Virus record (IMG/VR): IMGVR_UViG_3300011116_001007
Reading direction: 5' to 3' (one strand)
Source: a virus
Lineage: Duplodnaviria; Caudoviricetes
Length of the DNA stretch: 64,000 nt
Of this stretch, positions 1 through 9,949 are shown piece after piece. Within the stretch, counting starts at the first letter, position 1. Each line of letters opens with the position of its first letter. The notes below the pieces were generated by a model that made no database searches, was not told where the DNA came from, and saw only the letters and a program-made list of their open reading frames with translations. The position numbers were made by a program, and so were the translations under genes.

Positions 1-1155
1 TGCTTTGTTGCCTTTGGCAACAGCATTAGCATCTCGTCGAGACATATCGTCAGCAATGGCATCTGTGCTGGTAAACAATCCATCGTAACCAGCTGCTGAA
101 AAACCCGAATCATCTGTAAGCACAAACTCACCAGTTGCGGGCTTGCGACCAAACACCACAGCAGGTTTTCCATCCCATTTTACGGATCCTGTTTGAGAAT
201 TTTTATAAAACCCATCAGCTATGGCCAATGCTTGGTCTACTCCAGCACTGCCCTTGCGGAAAATATAATCTTCCAGGTGTTCGATGCCTTTGGCTTTTCC
301 GCCTACAGCAGCAGGTTCTTGTTCGTAAAGTTGGTAAGATTTTTTAGTTTCAACCAAGGCCACGTATCCGCGATTCACAATGCGATCTCTTAATCTAGCT
401 AGGAAATATGCGTCGCTTTCTTTCACAGATAAGTCGGGTTCTTGCAAGCCTTCGCCGGCTAGATAACCACGGAAGTCTTGAAGCTTGGCATCACGGTTGG
501 GATCTTTGGCCAATGCAGCATAGATTGATTCTACATTCTTTAGATTGGCACGAGTAGCACCGCGTCCCAATAGCACCTGGGCCACATAATCAGGATCCAG
601 GCCACCTTGTACCAGTTGATTTGTGGTTCTAGAGAACATGCCATTGGCGCCTACTTTGAGTCCCAGTTGTTTGGCTATGCTGCTCATTAGCACGTTTCGA
701 TTCATGCCTTTGTAAGCTGAGTCTGTGCCACCGCCATAAAAGAACTGTCCCCAATCCAAGTTGGGAAAGAACATAAAGTCAGTTTGCACAAATCCACGAT
801 TGGCATCACCGGCAATGGGTGTTTTTAAATGTACTTCCCCGCCCTTCTTGACCCATTCTCTAGGATCCAGTCCTTGGCTTTGTACAAATTGAGAAAGTAT
901 TCCAGCCAATTGTTCTTTTGAAACTTCATTCAGATCCACAGCAAGATCCAAGTCTCCTGATGAGGGGGCTTTGCCAGTTGACCCCAACCAACGCAATGGT
1001 ATGCCATCGTCATCTTTGTCGGTGCTGAAATCTAAACCAGTAACTTGTTCTATCCATTGGACCGTTGCTGGTACATCTTGTCGATTGATACGCTGTGTAA
1101 GCGGTTCTTTGTTGGGCCCTTTGAATACATTTCCGCCTTCTAATAGATATCTCAT
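1..1155 (-). CDS. Pol-beta-type nucleotidyltransferase fused to a KxDG ligase-like (DUF6267-like) domain; runs off the window start
   Basis: Hand translation from ATG at 1155 (ATGA overlap with the stop of 1152..1637) is open to base 1: MRYLLEGGNVFKG...WLGSTGKAPSSGDLDLAVD...FVQTDFMF...KAKGIEHLEDYIF...SVKWDGKPAVVFGR. Not in the ORF track, presumably because it has no stop in the window. Confidence 0.8.
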   Translation of the reverse strand, partial: MRYLLEGGNVFKGPNKEPLTQRINRQDVPATVQWIEQVTGLDFSTDKDDDGIPLRWLGSTGKAPSSGDLDLAVDLNEVSKEQLAGILSQFVQSQGLDPREWVKKGGEVHLKTPIAGDANRGFVQTDFMFFPNLDWGQFFYGGGTDSAYKGMNRNVLMSSIAKQLGLKVGANGMFSRTTNQLVQGGLDPDYVAQVLLGRGATRANLKNVESIYAALAKDPNRDAKLQDFRGYLAGEGLQEPDLSVKESDAYFLARLRDRIVNRGYVALVETKKSYQLYEQEPAAVGGKAKGIEHLEDYIFRKGSAGVDQALAIADGFYKNSQTGSVKWDGKPAVVFGRKPATGEFVLTDDSGFSAAGYDGLFTSTDAIADDMSRRDANAVAKGNKA

Positions 1156-1637
1156 GGTGCTGTGCCTGCTTGCTGTTTAGGGTGAGTTTGCATCAAAACT
1201 CCTGCTTCATATGCAGCTTGTGCAATTGTTCGAAATTCAGCCAATTCTCTAGTGTCAACTTTTTCCACATCAAGATTACCCAACTGACGTATACCAGCAT
1301 ACAATTGATTCATTATGGTATCAGCTTGATTGATGTAGACTGGAGTATAAGCGCCATTGTCATCTGTTTGAGATACCATTTGGCTTAAATTTGTAAAATC
1401 CATACCGCCAAGAAATTGATTTTGTGCCACTATTGAGTTCAATGCTTTTTTCAATGAAGTTTTAGATTGCGGACTGAGTTGTGCAGTGTCAGTGACTGCA
1501 TCTGCTGCCAGGGCCTGAGACACCTGCCGAGACCACTGCCGTTGCATGTTTTGTGCAGCCTGGTTAACCATCAATGACGTGTTTGGCGCAGCATCTTCAT
1601 TGACGCGAGATTTTCTAGTCAGTTCATGAATTTGCAT
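1152..1637 (-). CDS. hypothetical protein, possible internal head protein
   Basis: 161-aa ORF overlapping both neighbours; starts MQIHELT...VNE. Confidence 0.6.
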   Translation of the reverse strand: MQIHELTRKSRVNEDAAPNTSLMVNQAAQNMQRQWSRQVSQALAADAVTDTAQLSPQSKTSLKKALNSIVAQNQFLGGMDFTNLSQMVSQTDDNGAYTPVYINQADTIMNQLYAGIRQLGNLDVEKVDTRELAEFRTIAQAAYEAGVLMQTHPKQQAGTAP

Positions 1638-1872
1638 CTGTTTTCCTTACTGATCGAGAAAATTTACCAGCGTTTTTTGTTCGTATGGCATTGAGGAATT
1701 TTCTAGTGAGGTTTTCTGCTGTTTCAGCATCAAATTCTGATTCAATCTGCTCCAGCAATCTGATGGCATTGGCTATCACGTTGCTCGCGCGATTTTCTAT
1801 TACCAACCGACGATCTCGCTCGATGTACAGACTGTCCAGTTCTTCTAGTATGCTGCGGGTTTTCTTTTGCAT
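1624..1872 (-). CDS. hypothetical protein (82 aa)
   Basis: Preceded by CTAAATA late motif (1894-1900) and AAAGG; overlaps the downstream gene. Confidence 0.65.
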   Translation of the reverse strand: MQKKTRSILEELDSLYIERDRRLVIENRASNVIANAIRLLEQIESEFDAETAENLTRKFLNAIRTKNAGKFSRSVRKTDANS

Positions 1873-1944
1873 GTAAATCAGTGACCTTTGGATTATTTAG
1901 CGATTTCTGGATGTGAATAAATATCTATAACAAGGATACCACCA

Positions 1945-2949
1945 ATGACCAGCAGCATCAACCCGCAAAATATCGACGCCAACTACCCGGTTGCCGGCGT
2001 GCCCAACAACACTCAAGGATTCCGTGACAACTTCACTAATATCCAAACCAATTTTACCTACGCCAAAAACGAAATAACTGATCTGGAAAACAAAGCTGTG
2101 CTCAAGAGTGCATTGGACGGCACTACCTTGGACAACAACATGGGCGATCAATTGATCTATTCTGCGCTGATCCGAGATTTTTCTGGCAGCATTGTGCAAA
2201 ACACCGTGACGTCTGGTGCTGTTGCATTGGATTATTCGTCTGGGCATTATCAAACGGTCAGCACCACTGGTAGTATAACATTGGGATTCTCTAACTTTCC
2301 AACATCGGGTACTGTGGGCATGATGCGAGTGCAGGTCAACATTACCAATACTGCCTATACCATGACTCTTCCAGCCGCAGTCACGCTGGGGCTTACTGGC
2401 ATACAAGGCATCAGCGCCAATGTGATCACATTTGGTGCCACTGGATATTATGAATTTGGATTTGTTACCAGTGATGGCGGTACTACTATTACTGTGTTTG
2501 ATTTGAATAGACCTCTAAGTTATTTTACCAACACTGTGAATGTGGCAGCTACCACTGCCAGCACCAGCACCACAACCGGTGCATTGATTGTGGCAGGCGG
2601 CGCCGGCATTGTTGGAAATGTGTACAGTGGTAACATACGTACAGGTGGGTTGGTATCTGCAACTGGTAATATTACTGGTGGTAATGTAATCTCAAGTGGT
2701 GTGGTGTCATCTGTTGGAAATATCAGATTGCTTGCTGCAACTGCTGTACCTGCTGGCGGCACAGCAGGTGCTGGATTGTTGATGTCTAGTACTGCTAATC
2801 TTGGCGTGTTTTTTGGATCTGGTGCTCCAACATTGACGGCGGCACAAGGCAGTCTCTATTTGAGAACTGACGGGTCAAGCACCAGCACACGAATGTATGT
2901 GAACACCAGCGGCAGTACCACTTGGACTGCTGTGACCACTGTTGCTTAA
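1945..2949 (+). CDS. virion structural protein (T/G/S-rich, fibre/baseplate-like)
   Basis: 334 aa, beta-rich T/G/A composition; AATAAATA late motif at 1916-1923 and AAGGA RBS. Confidence 0.7.
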   Translation: MTSSINPQNIDANYPVAGVPNNTQGFRDNFTNIQTNFTYAKNEITDLENKAVLKSALDGTTLDNNMGDQLIYSALIRDFSGSIVQNTVTSGAVALDYSSGHYQTVSTTGSITLGFSNFPTSGTVGMMRVQVNITNTAYTMTLPAAVTLGLTGIQGISANVITFGATGYYEFGFVTSDGGTTITVFDLNRPLSYFTNTVNVAATTASTSTTTGALIVAGGAGIVGNVYSGNIRTGGLVSATGNITGGNVISSGVVSSVGNIRLLAATAVPAGGTAGAGLLMSSTANLGVFFGSGAPTLTAAQGSLYLRTDGSSTSTRMYVNTSGSTTWTAVTTVA

Positions 2950-2977
2950 TTTGACTTGATCTGCTCCGGTAGTTCTT

Positions 2978-3973
2978 TTAGTTTTGCATTTTGAACATCT
3001 GCTGAAACAGTTCTGGGAATACAGCACGCCAATCTGTGCCTCGTCGTTGATCAATAGAATCCAAGGTAGCAATTATTTTAGATTTTCTGTTGTCTGTATC
3101 TTTAAGAGCGAACACCCCATTTGTTAATTGTTGTCGGTGTTCTATAGGATCTGTAAATCGCGTGGTGTGGAAATTTGTTTGCAGCCACTCTTCTAACTGT
3201 TTAAGATTGTCGGAATTTAGTATGCCAACTGAGGTATTGGTAGCAAACATACAATTGTGCGGCGCATTATCAATATACCATTGCAAATTATCTGTCACCT
3301 GAGCCCACTTTGCAGGGAACCGTTGGTATTCAAATCTTTCACCAACATCATCAATACTAAAATCAAGTTGCACTAACTTAAATTGCTCCCACAAATTCAA
3401 CAACTCTTTATTTGGTAATATAGTCCCATTGGTGTTGTAATTTAAGTGTACTTGATCTTTGTGCTCAATTGCATGTAACAATTTCACATGTTCTTTACTC
3501 AGCAACGGTTCACCGCCATTGAAATGTATAAATTGTATGCTGCTCAAGTCGATGGTTTTCCAAAACTGATTGGCCGTTGATTTTTGTAATTCTATAGGTA
3601 GCCCAAGTTCTTGTTTCCACACACTACTGTTATTCGGCCCGCATATTACACAGGCCAAATTACATGTATCGCCAGTCCAGTAATCCATACGAATTAGCTC
3701 AACCTTGTTGTTGTTAAGATTGTGGTCTTTATACCAAGAGTTGCTGCCTTGCCGTCGGCTTGTTAGTCCAGCAGCTTCGGCATCTTTACAATTACTACAC
3801 GCTGTTGGTAACTGTCCAGTAGATATCTCATTGCGAAGACCAACAAGGTATTTGTTGTTTAAAAAATCAATTACTTCAGCTGAGCGTACAGGAGATATAC
3901 AACAAGGCGAAATTGCTAATGCATTTTGCTGAGCCACAATGTTTATATTTTTATAAATGTCAATGCATGTCAT
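2978..3973 (-). CDS. radical SAM enzyme with N-terminal Cys cluster (SPASM/twitch-like)
   Basis: CNLACVIC (CxxxCxxC), FNGGEPLL, YNTNGT, FSID; N-terminal CC...CSNC; TAATG coupling to the helicase. Confidence 0.9.
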   Translation of the reverse strand: MTCIDIYKNINIVAQQNALAISPCCISPVRSAEVIDFLNNKYLVGLRNEISTGQLPTACSNCKDAEAAGLTSRRQGSNSWYKDHNLNNNKVELIRMDYWTGDTCNLACVICGPNNSSVWKQELGLPIELQKSTANQFWKTIDLSSIQFIHFNGGEPLLSKEHVKLLHAIEHKDQVHLNYNTNGTILPNKELLNLWEQFKLVQLDFSIDDVGERFEYQRFPAKWAQVTDNLQWYIDNAPHNCMFATNTSVGILNSDNLKQLEEWLQTNFHTTRFTDPIEHRQQLTNGVFALKDTDNRKSKIIATLDSIDQRRGTDWRAVFPELFQQMFKMQN

Positions 3974-5421
3974 TATGACGTTTTAATAGTTTTCAGCAAT
4001 TGATTGAGTTTGGTGCTTTCTACTACACCAACCACTTTGGCAACGTCTCCGTGATTGACCACTGGTTTGTCCCAGGCGTGTGTGCCACCTACAGGCGCTT
4101 GCCAAGCAGCATTGTCGCTGGCAACAACCTGACTCTTGGCCTTGATTGAGTCCATGATTGATGTTTGCGGTTTGTTATAACCAGTTCCTTCGTCGCCGCC
4201 CTCGTCTGTGATACGCATGGTCTCAATGTTGTATTCCAAATCAATCTTTTGTCCCACACCAGTCGAACTACGACTTTTCATGCATTGTATCTGATACTTG
4301 CCACGTTCTTTCATTGATCTGCTGGTAAAGATACCAAACACATTGTCTGCTGTGTTGATCTTTGAAATACCGCCTGCAATGTGACTGTGATCAAATTCTA
4401 CTTCTTCCACTGCGCTGCGATTCAATTGACTTGCAGTTACCATTAATATTTGCAGTTCTTTGGCCAAGTTACGTAGTTCTTCACTCACATACTTGTCTTT
4501 GATAAACTGGTCATTGGGATTGACTTTGACGCTGATTGGCATCAGCAAGTCTAGGTAATCAATCATCACAAAGTCTACCCGTTTGCCTGTTTGTATTTGA
4601 TACTCTTTCAAGTACGATCTAATGTCATTGATGTTGCTTTGTGCTGGCAAACCTTTCACTTGGTAGTTGCCCGACTTCTTGGCCATCATTTTGACTTTGA
4701 GCTCTGTGGTATCGATGTCTCTGCGTATGTCTTTGGTGCTCATGTTTGTGAGCATGGCATCTGTTCTCAAGCTGGTCAAGTCTTCACTCAATTCCAAGGT
4801 AACATACACTCCGCTCAATCCTTGCTGCAACCAATTGAGTGCAATGTTCATCATGACCAAGCTCTTGCCTGATCCTGATCCTCCGGCAAAGATGTTCAGT
4901 TCACCACGACTGAATCCACCGTACAACAATCGATCCAGTTGTGGCCAGCCTGTGCTGACTTGCCCACCCGAGTTAAAATACTTGTTGATACGTTCGCTGG
5001 GATTGGCAAAATAGTCTGTGCCCATGTCCTTGGTCAAGCTGATCTGCACTGCATCTTTGATCAGTTTTTCCACAGGACCATATTCACCTTTTTCCAACAG
5101 GTCTGCTGCTGCCAAGATCGCACGTTCTAGTTCTTGTCTGCGTGTGAATGCTTCAAATTCTTCCATGAACCATTCATAGTGCCCTTCATTCAAATCAGGC
5201 ACTGATTGTAATTTGATTCCAGTGGTGGCCGAGATCTGCGTGATATCTGGCAGAGTTTTGTGTTTTTCACTGTGTTCTTTAATAAACGCAGCCGCTGGTC
5301 TAAGATTTCGATCAAAGTTTTCTGGATTGTAAATGTTCTGCACACGCACATAGCTGGCAGCATCCTCCAGCATCATTTCCAGGAATAATTTCTGTATATC
5401 AATTCCGTATTCTTTTAACAA
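3973..5421 (-). CDS. gp41: replicative DnaB-like helicase (T4 gp41-like)
   Basis: Walker A GGSGSGKS, IDYLD, TASQLNR, KSR; TTG start. Confidence 0.95.
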   Translation of the reverse strand: MLKEYGIDIQKLFLEMMLEDAASYVRVQNIYNPENFDRNLRPAAAFIKEHSEKHKTLPDITQISATTGIKLQSVPDLNEGHYEWFMEEFEAFTRRQELERAILAAADLLEKGEYGPVEKLIKDAVQISLTKDMGTDYFANPSERINKYFNSGGQVSTGWPQLDRLLYGGFSRGELNIFAGGSGSGKSLVMMNIALNWLQQGLSGVYVTLELSEDLTSLRTDAMLTNMSTKDIRRDIDTTELKVKMMAKKSGNYQVKGLPAQSNINDIRSYLKEYQIQTGKRVDFVMIDYLDLLMPISVKVNPNDQFIKDKYVSEELRNLAKELQILMVTASQLNRSAVEEVEFDHSHIAGGISKINTADNVFGIFTSRSMKERGKYQIQCMKSRSSTGVGQKIDLEYNIETMRITDEGGDEGTGYNKPQTSIMDSIKAKSQVVASDNAAWQAPVGGTHAWDKPVVNHGDVAKVVGVVESTKLNQLLKTIKTS

Positions 5422-6128
5422 GATTTTTTCCTTACAATATGATCAATGCACTCGTTAGCAAACAAACTTTGTACAGCGTCATCGCTGATGTGAAAGTACG
5501 GTCTAGTATTGGACCCATTAAGATGCCCGGCGTTTTTATGGGTGGTTCGATGATTCCACAGATTTGTCATTAATGCTTGCTCTTGATAATCGTTGGCAAG
5601 ATTTTTTATATAGTTAGAATTTGTTAGCTGTCCAATATTATCAAGAAATCCACCAGTACTATAGCAAAATGGTATTTTGTTTGTTGCACAGGTAGTCAGA
5701 CACAACACCAAGTACATGTAATTTTTTATCATCTCCATGTTTATTGAGGCTGCAGAGGCTAACCAATGATCAGTTGTTTTTATTTTTTCTTTGTTTTCAA
5801 AATAACAAGTAGTAGTATAACGTTTTTTGATATAATCTGCAATATCTAGGTCACTAAAGGATCGAGGCAGCACAGCGGTGTCATTGTCAAATTCATATCG
5901 AAGCGGATTGGTAAAAGAAAATATTACAAAATCAGGATTTAACTTCATTCCTTGCATCATTTGCAATGAAATCAATGCATTGCTGCTGCCCCCGTAGGCT
6001 AGATTAGAAATTTTAAAATTCGGCGAGTAATTTGATATTTTCTCTGACCAATGCAATCCTGGAAAGTCAGGGTCGGTCACACAAAAACTATCACCACAAA
6101 TAAGAATGTGAACTTCATCGTTTGACAA
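5415..6128 (-). CDS. SGNH/GDSL-like hydrolase-fold protein (paralog 1)
   Basis: ILICGDSF, NLAYGGSSN, C-terminal RPYFH. Confidence 0.6.
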   Translation of the reverse strand: MSNDEVHILICGDSFCVTDPDFPGLHWSEKISNYSPNFKISNLAYGGSSNALISLQMMQGMKLNPDFVIFSFTNPLRYEFDNDTAVLPRSFSDLDIADYIKKRYTTTCYFENKEKIKTTDHWLASAASINMEMIKNYMYLVLCLTTCATNKIPFCYSTGGFLDNIGQLTNSNYIKNLANDYQEQALMTNLWNHRTTHKNAGHLNGSNTRPYFHISDDAVQSLFANECIDHIVRKKSC

Positions 6129-7089
6129 TTTGTTTTTTCCTCATTTCTATTTTGATTCGACTAGTGTTTCTGTTTTCAAATATAGTTAGCATGGTTGCCA
6201 ACTGACCATAACGAACCACACTGTCGTTGACATCTTTGACATCATCTGGCCACGGCGGCATACTCACCGCCCATCCCAGTTCTACTGCACGATCTACCAG
6301 TTCCATACCTGCCAAGTCCTGATCAGGTACCACGGTTATTTCTTTGCCTAAACTACGGATCAACCGTGCCTGCTCATCTGATATGGTGTTATGCATCACT
6401 GCCAAGCCACCAATGCACAGTGCATCAAATATGCCTTCAACAACAATTGCATTGGTCCAATTGTCGTGCTGCAAATCTGTTCCAAACACATATCCAGGTT
6501 GGCTGTCAGTGATGTACTTGGGTCGCCGGTTATCCAAGAATCTTTGTGAGTACCCCACTATGCGATCATTGTGTGTGAATGGAATAATTACACTGGGACG
6601 ATTTTTCCAAGACCTTTCTTCGTGAAGCTGTACCATCACAGGATAGTCATCGGGCACTTTTCTTGAACGAAGATACTCTCGACGTTCATATGAATCATCC
6701 AATAACTCACTCATTGGCGGCAATTCTCTTTCTTCAAACTCTATGCCAGACAGCACATTAAACATACGTTGTCGGTCATCCAGGATGCCATGCACACTGC
6801 GATGTCTTAGACTTTCTAAGTTTAATATGTCGATCTCAGCATCGGGCACACCTAACCAGCCCAAGAGCCTGCGGGCCTTAAAACTCACTGTACGGCCAAG
6901 GATAAAGCTAGCGGTGTAGTTGCAGTTGAAGCAGTGATAACTCCAACCCGATTCTGTGGGTTTGAGACCTCCTCGACCACGTTTATCTGCTGTACCAGCA
7001 TTGTGTTGACAACACACAGCATTGAAACTTACCCAACCTGATGGTGTGGCTTTTCGTTTTGCTGGCAAATATTGTAGGATGTCTAGCAT
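6115..7089 (-). CDS. gp61: DNA primase (T4 gp61-like)
   Basis: Zn finger CCQH...HCFNC; TOPRIM motifs VEGIFD, PDQD, KDVND. Confidence 0.9.
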   Translation of the reverse strand: MLDILQYLPAKRKATPSGWVSFNAVCCQHNAGTADKRGRGGLKPTESGWSYHCFNCNYTASFILGRTVSFKARRLLGWLGVPDAEIDILNLESLRHRSVHGILDDRQRMFNVLSGIEFEERELPPMSELLDDSYERREYLRSRKVPDDYPVMVQLHEERSWKNRPSVIIPFTHNDRIVGYSQRFLDNRRPKYITDSQPGYVFGTDLQHDNWTNAIVVEGIFDALCIGGLAVMHNTISDEQARLIRSLGKEITVVPDQDLAGMELVDRAVELGWAVSMPPWPDDVKDVNDSVVRYGQLATMLTIFENRNTSRIKIEMRKKQIVKR

Positions 7090-7095
7090 CCGTGT

Positions 7096-7124
7096 AGTTT
7101 AACAGATTTGTGTTGTAATAGCAA
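7096..7124 (-). promoter_or_regulatory. sigma70-type promoter of primase, placed for a leaderless mRNA
   Basis: TTGCTA-17 nt-TAAACT, then 6 nt, then ATG; no SD. Confidence 0.55.
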
Positions 7125-7127
7125 CGA

Positions 7128-8198
7128 TTATCGGTACTGTACGTTCTGTATCAGGCCATTTGAGAATACTACTGTGGCAGCCAACGATCCTTGGAACTGC
7201 AACGGAAGGTACCCTGATCCACCATTGGTCACTGTGACCGATCCAACCGTACCACCATCGCTGGCAGTGGCCACTGCTTCGGCGCCTGCACCATTGCCCA
7301 GAATTTGCACATATGGTGCAGCCACGTAATATTGTCCTAAATTAGTCAGGCTAATTCCTGTTACCACTCCGTCAACCACAGTGGCAGTACCACTAGCACC
7401 ATAGCCAATGCTGTTGTTCATGGCCAATCTCAACAGCGGATGAAATCCCACAATGTTGAAGTAATCACTTACTGTGGCATCCAAATATTGTCGTGCTTCT
7501 GACACATCTGTCCATACTGCTTCGTAGTTTTCGGCCGCTTGCACTTTGACTGTGCCTGTGTAATGTACTAGGTCAAACTTGATTGTGGTAAATGCAGTTT
7601 GATTGGTGTTGATATAACTGCTGTAGAATTCAGTTGCCTGAATGCTGTTGATGGGTTGCGGGGTCAGTGCCCAATCAGGGAATGCTGTGGGTGCTGCACC
7701 TACGTATTGATTTTTGCCATACAAATCAGGCACAGTACAATCTGCACTGGGAATAAAACTAGGGAATACACTGTCCACAATATTGCAATCAGCCCTGGCA
7801 GAACTGTCAGCGCCAGTGTATGCTGCCTGAACATAGTCACCGGCAGCCCGTTGTATGCTGTAGCTGGCAGGTTGTGCTTGAATATTGATAGTATCCGAGC
7901 TGTCTAGCACCACTTTGACTCGTCCTGTGCTTGCACTTAAGGTCTCCATATCTTTGGCCAACAGCAGTTGACCTCCAGCTTGATCAATCAGTCGGAACAC
8001 AAATGTGCTGCCAGTGATGTTCACAGGTTTCTGATCTTGATTTATAAACTCAAACAACAGCACATTGTCAACACCTTTGTTAATGGTTAGGGTTCTTGCG
8101 TACACAGGGTCGTACCTCGCAGTAAAGTATCCTCCACTGGTGTCTACTAGTAGCACTCGTGTGATTTGTTGGTAAAGATAAACGGTGGTAGAATACAT
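7128..8198 (-). CDS. virion structural protein (baseplate/BppU-like N-terminus, TNGGSGY-type C-terminal repeats)
   Basis: TINKGVDNVLLFEF; VTGISLTNLGQYY / VGSVTVTNGGSGY; GATAAATA late motif upstream. Confidence 0.65.
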   Translation of the reverse strand: MYSTTVYLYQQITRVLLVDTSGGYFTARYDPVYARTLTINKGVDNVLLFEFINQDQKPVNITGSTFVFRLIDQAGGQLLLAKDMETLSASTGRVKVVLDSSDTINIQAQPASYSIQRAAGDYVQAAYTGADSSARADCNIVDSVFPSFIPSADCTVPDLYGKNQYVGAAPTAFPDWALTPQPINSIQATEFYSSYINTNQTAFTTIKFDLVHYTGTVKVQAAENYEAVWTDVSEARQYLDATVSDYFNIVGFHPLLRLAMNNSIGYGASGTATVVDGVVTGISLTNLGQYYVAAPYVQILGNGAGAEAVATASDGGTVGSVTVTNGGSGYLPLQFQGSLAATVVFSNGLIQNVQYR

Positions 8199-8227
8199 AT
8201 CCTATTATTTATCCAAAAAATATTGAC

Positions 8228-8235
8228 CATAAATA
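8228..8235 (+). promoter_or_regulatory. T4-type late promoter
   Basis: CATAAATA, 6 nt before ATG 8242. Confidence 0.6.
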
Positions 8236-8241
8236 CCCGCG

Positions 8242-8619
8242 ATGGGCAATAATGTTTTCGAAAAATTAACTGAGAAATATCCATTTATCAGCTTGTGCAT
8301 GTATGCCAATGCTGAATATGTGGGTGTGATACAGAACAAAGATGATGTGGTCACCACCATCTACGACTTTGGTGCAGTGGCAGATCAAGCTGACAAACTG
8401 AATTACCTGGAGTTGGCATCTGTTTGGTGGTGGGAAAGCAATAGATCCATTCCCATAAACATATTTCTGCGTAAAGATTGGGAACAATTTCGCTACACAT
8501 TACGCACGTTTGTCAACAAAGACCTAGAAATCTTGCATGGCCCTGCTTGCAGTTTGTTGGACATAGCCCGCAAAAAAAGCAAACGAAAAAGTATTATGCT
8601 GGTTCGCCGACTTGAGTAA
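8242..8619 (+). CDS. hypothetical protein (125 aa)
   Basis: Clean ORF with late motif directly upstream; convergent overlap with the mini-DnaE. Confidence 0.7.
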   Translation: MGNNVFEKLTEKYPFISLCMYANAEYVGVIQNKDDVVTTIYDFGAVADQADKLNYLELASVWWWESNRSIPINIFLRKDWEQFRYTLRTFVNKDLEILHGPACSLLDIARKKSKRKSIMLVRRLE

Positions 8620-9172
8620 GTAGATTCATGTGTAGTGCAACCAAGGCTGCGTAACCAAGTGCATGAGCTTTCTTAAACACATATCCCCGACCAAGATCAC
8701 CATCCCATACTGAGTCAAACACCTCTGACCACGGCTTATTCTGCAGGTGTGCCTTGCCTGGACGTATCACAGATATGAATGCTGCCATTCTAGGAATTGA
8801 GTTGGGCTGCATGGTCCTTAGTAGTTCAGTGTAATTTCCCACGTGAACCAGTTGGCTTGCCCAGGCTGGATCTGTCCACAATTTTGCCCATGGTGGCTCT
8901 GCTGTCGACATCAGTTCGTAGTGTGCAGGATCTTTTACCAGTCCGTACACACTCATGTTCAACAAGTCAATCTTGAAGTAGCCACGTGATTCGGCTGTTT
9001 CGTAATCCAAGGCAGCGCATCCTAACACAGGATCCAGTGGAATGTCAGTCACATACACACCCGAATTGTGTTTTCTTGCTGTGCCTTGATACAGTTGCCG
9101 TGCAGGTGTGTGCTGTATCAGCTTCAGCACATGTTCTCTGTCGGCAAAATCAATGTCAATATCTGCACTCAT
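8594..9172 (-). CDS. minimal DNA polymerase III alpha (DnaE/family C) catalytic-core protein
   Basis: ADIDIDF, KHNSGVY, GYFKIDLLN, FKKAHALGYA match DnaE PDFDVDF, HAAGVVI, KFDFLG, FNKSH. Confidence 0.8.
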   Translation of the reverse strand: MSADIDIDFADREHVLKLIQHTPARQLYQGTARKHNSGVYVTDIPLDPVLGCAALDYETAESRGYFKIDLLNMSVYGLVKDPAHYELMSTAEPPWAKLWTDPAWASQLVHVGNYTELLRTMQPNSIPRMAAFISVIRPGKAHLQNKPWSEVFDSVWDGDLGRGYVFKKAHALGYAALVALHMNLLTQVGEPA

Positions 9173-9948
9173 ATCAAATTCAATTTTTTTATTGTTGGTA
9201 ATAATATTTTTTCAGCAAACGATCGATGTGCATCTGCTTGATAGTGACCTATTCCTGGCCGATCAATAAAATCAAAAGGAACAAATCCTTGTTGATTGCT
9301 CCAGCTACAAAATCCAAAGTTATCAAGATCAATAAATCGAGGATCATTTACTATCTCATTTCGAAAGAAATCTAACAAATAGTCAGAATCTAACTTTTCT
9401 GGAGTTACACAATTAAACACTAAAAAATTAATATCAAGTCGATCCAATAATGATTTCAACATGATTAGATCACAAAATAAATTTATACGCTCAGCATACG
9501 GACTATAAAAATAAGCTCGCCCCTCGGTATATTTTTTGTAGAACTTTTCTTCTAACAGATGTGGATTCTTAGCATCCTGGAAAAATCCTTGCAGTAGTGT
9601 TTCTCTCCAGTTCAGTTGATTACTAAACACATGAGTGCCAAAATTGCTTTCTTCAGATTTCAATGGCTGGCTATTGTCTATCCATAACTCTGATCTAATC
9701 TCAAAAGTTAGCCCAATCAACGCAATTGTTTTTTGTTGAGGATTTAACTGTCTTTGTTGAATCATGTCATGAACCGTGGTCCTGATAATTCTACGATTGC
9801 AACTGCCAGATATAGCACGATTCATAACATATCCGGGCAGATGTTCATTGACTACATAATCATATGTTTTGTCCTGCATTGTGGGACGATATTTCGGATT
9901 ACTGTAACTGTCTCCATTGCAATAGATCATCGTATGCGATGTACTCAT
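9169..9948 (-). CDS. SGNH/GDSL-like protein (paralog 2)
   Basis: IYCNGDSY, NRAISGSCN, DRPGIGH. Confidence 0.6.
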   Translation of the reverse strand: MSTSHTMIYCNGDSYSNPKYRPTMQDKTYDYVVNEHLPGYVMNRAISGSCNRRIIRTTVHDMIQQRQLNPQQKTIALIGLTFEIRSELWIDNSQPLKSEESNFGTHVFSNQLNWRETLLQGFFQDAKNPHLLEEKFYKKYTEGRAYFYSPYAERINLFCDLIMLKSLLDRLDINFLVFNCVTPEKLDSDYLLDFFRNEIVNDPRFIDLDNFGFCSWSNQQGFVPFDFIDRPGIGHYQADAHRSFAEKILLPTIKKLNLI

Positions 9949-9949
9949 T

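Noticed and set aside
8242-9948. Mini-DnaE as a frameshifted fragment of a full dnaE
   Set aside because: Upstream is an intact SGNH-like gene and downstream is a convergent gene; no other DnaE motifs lie in adjacent frames.
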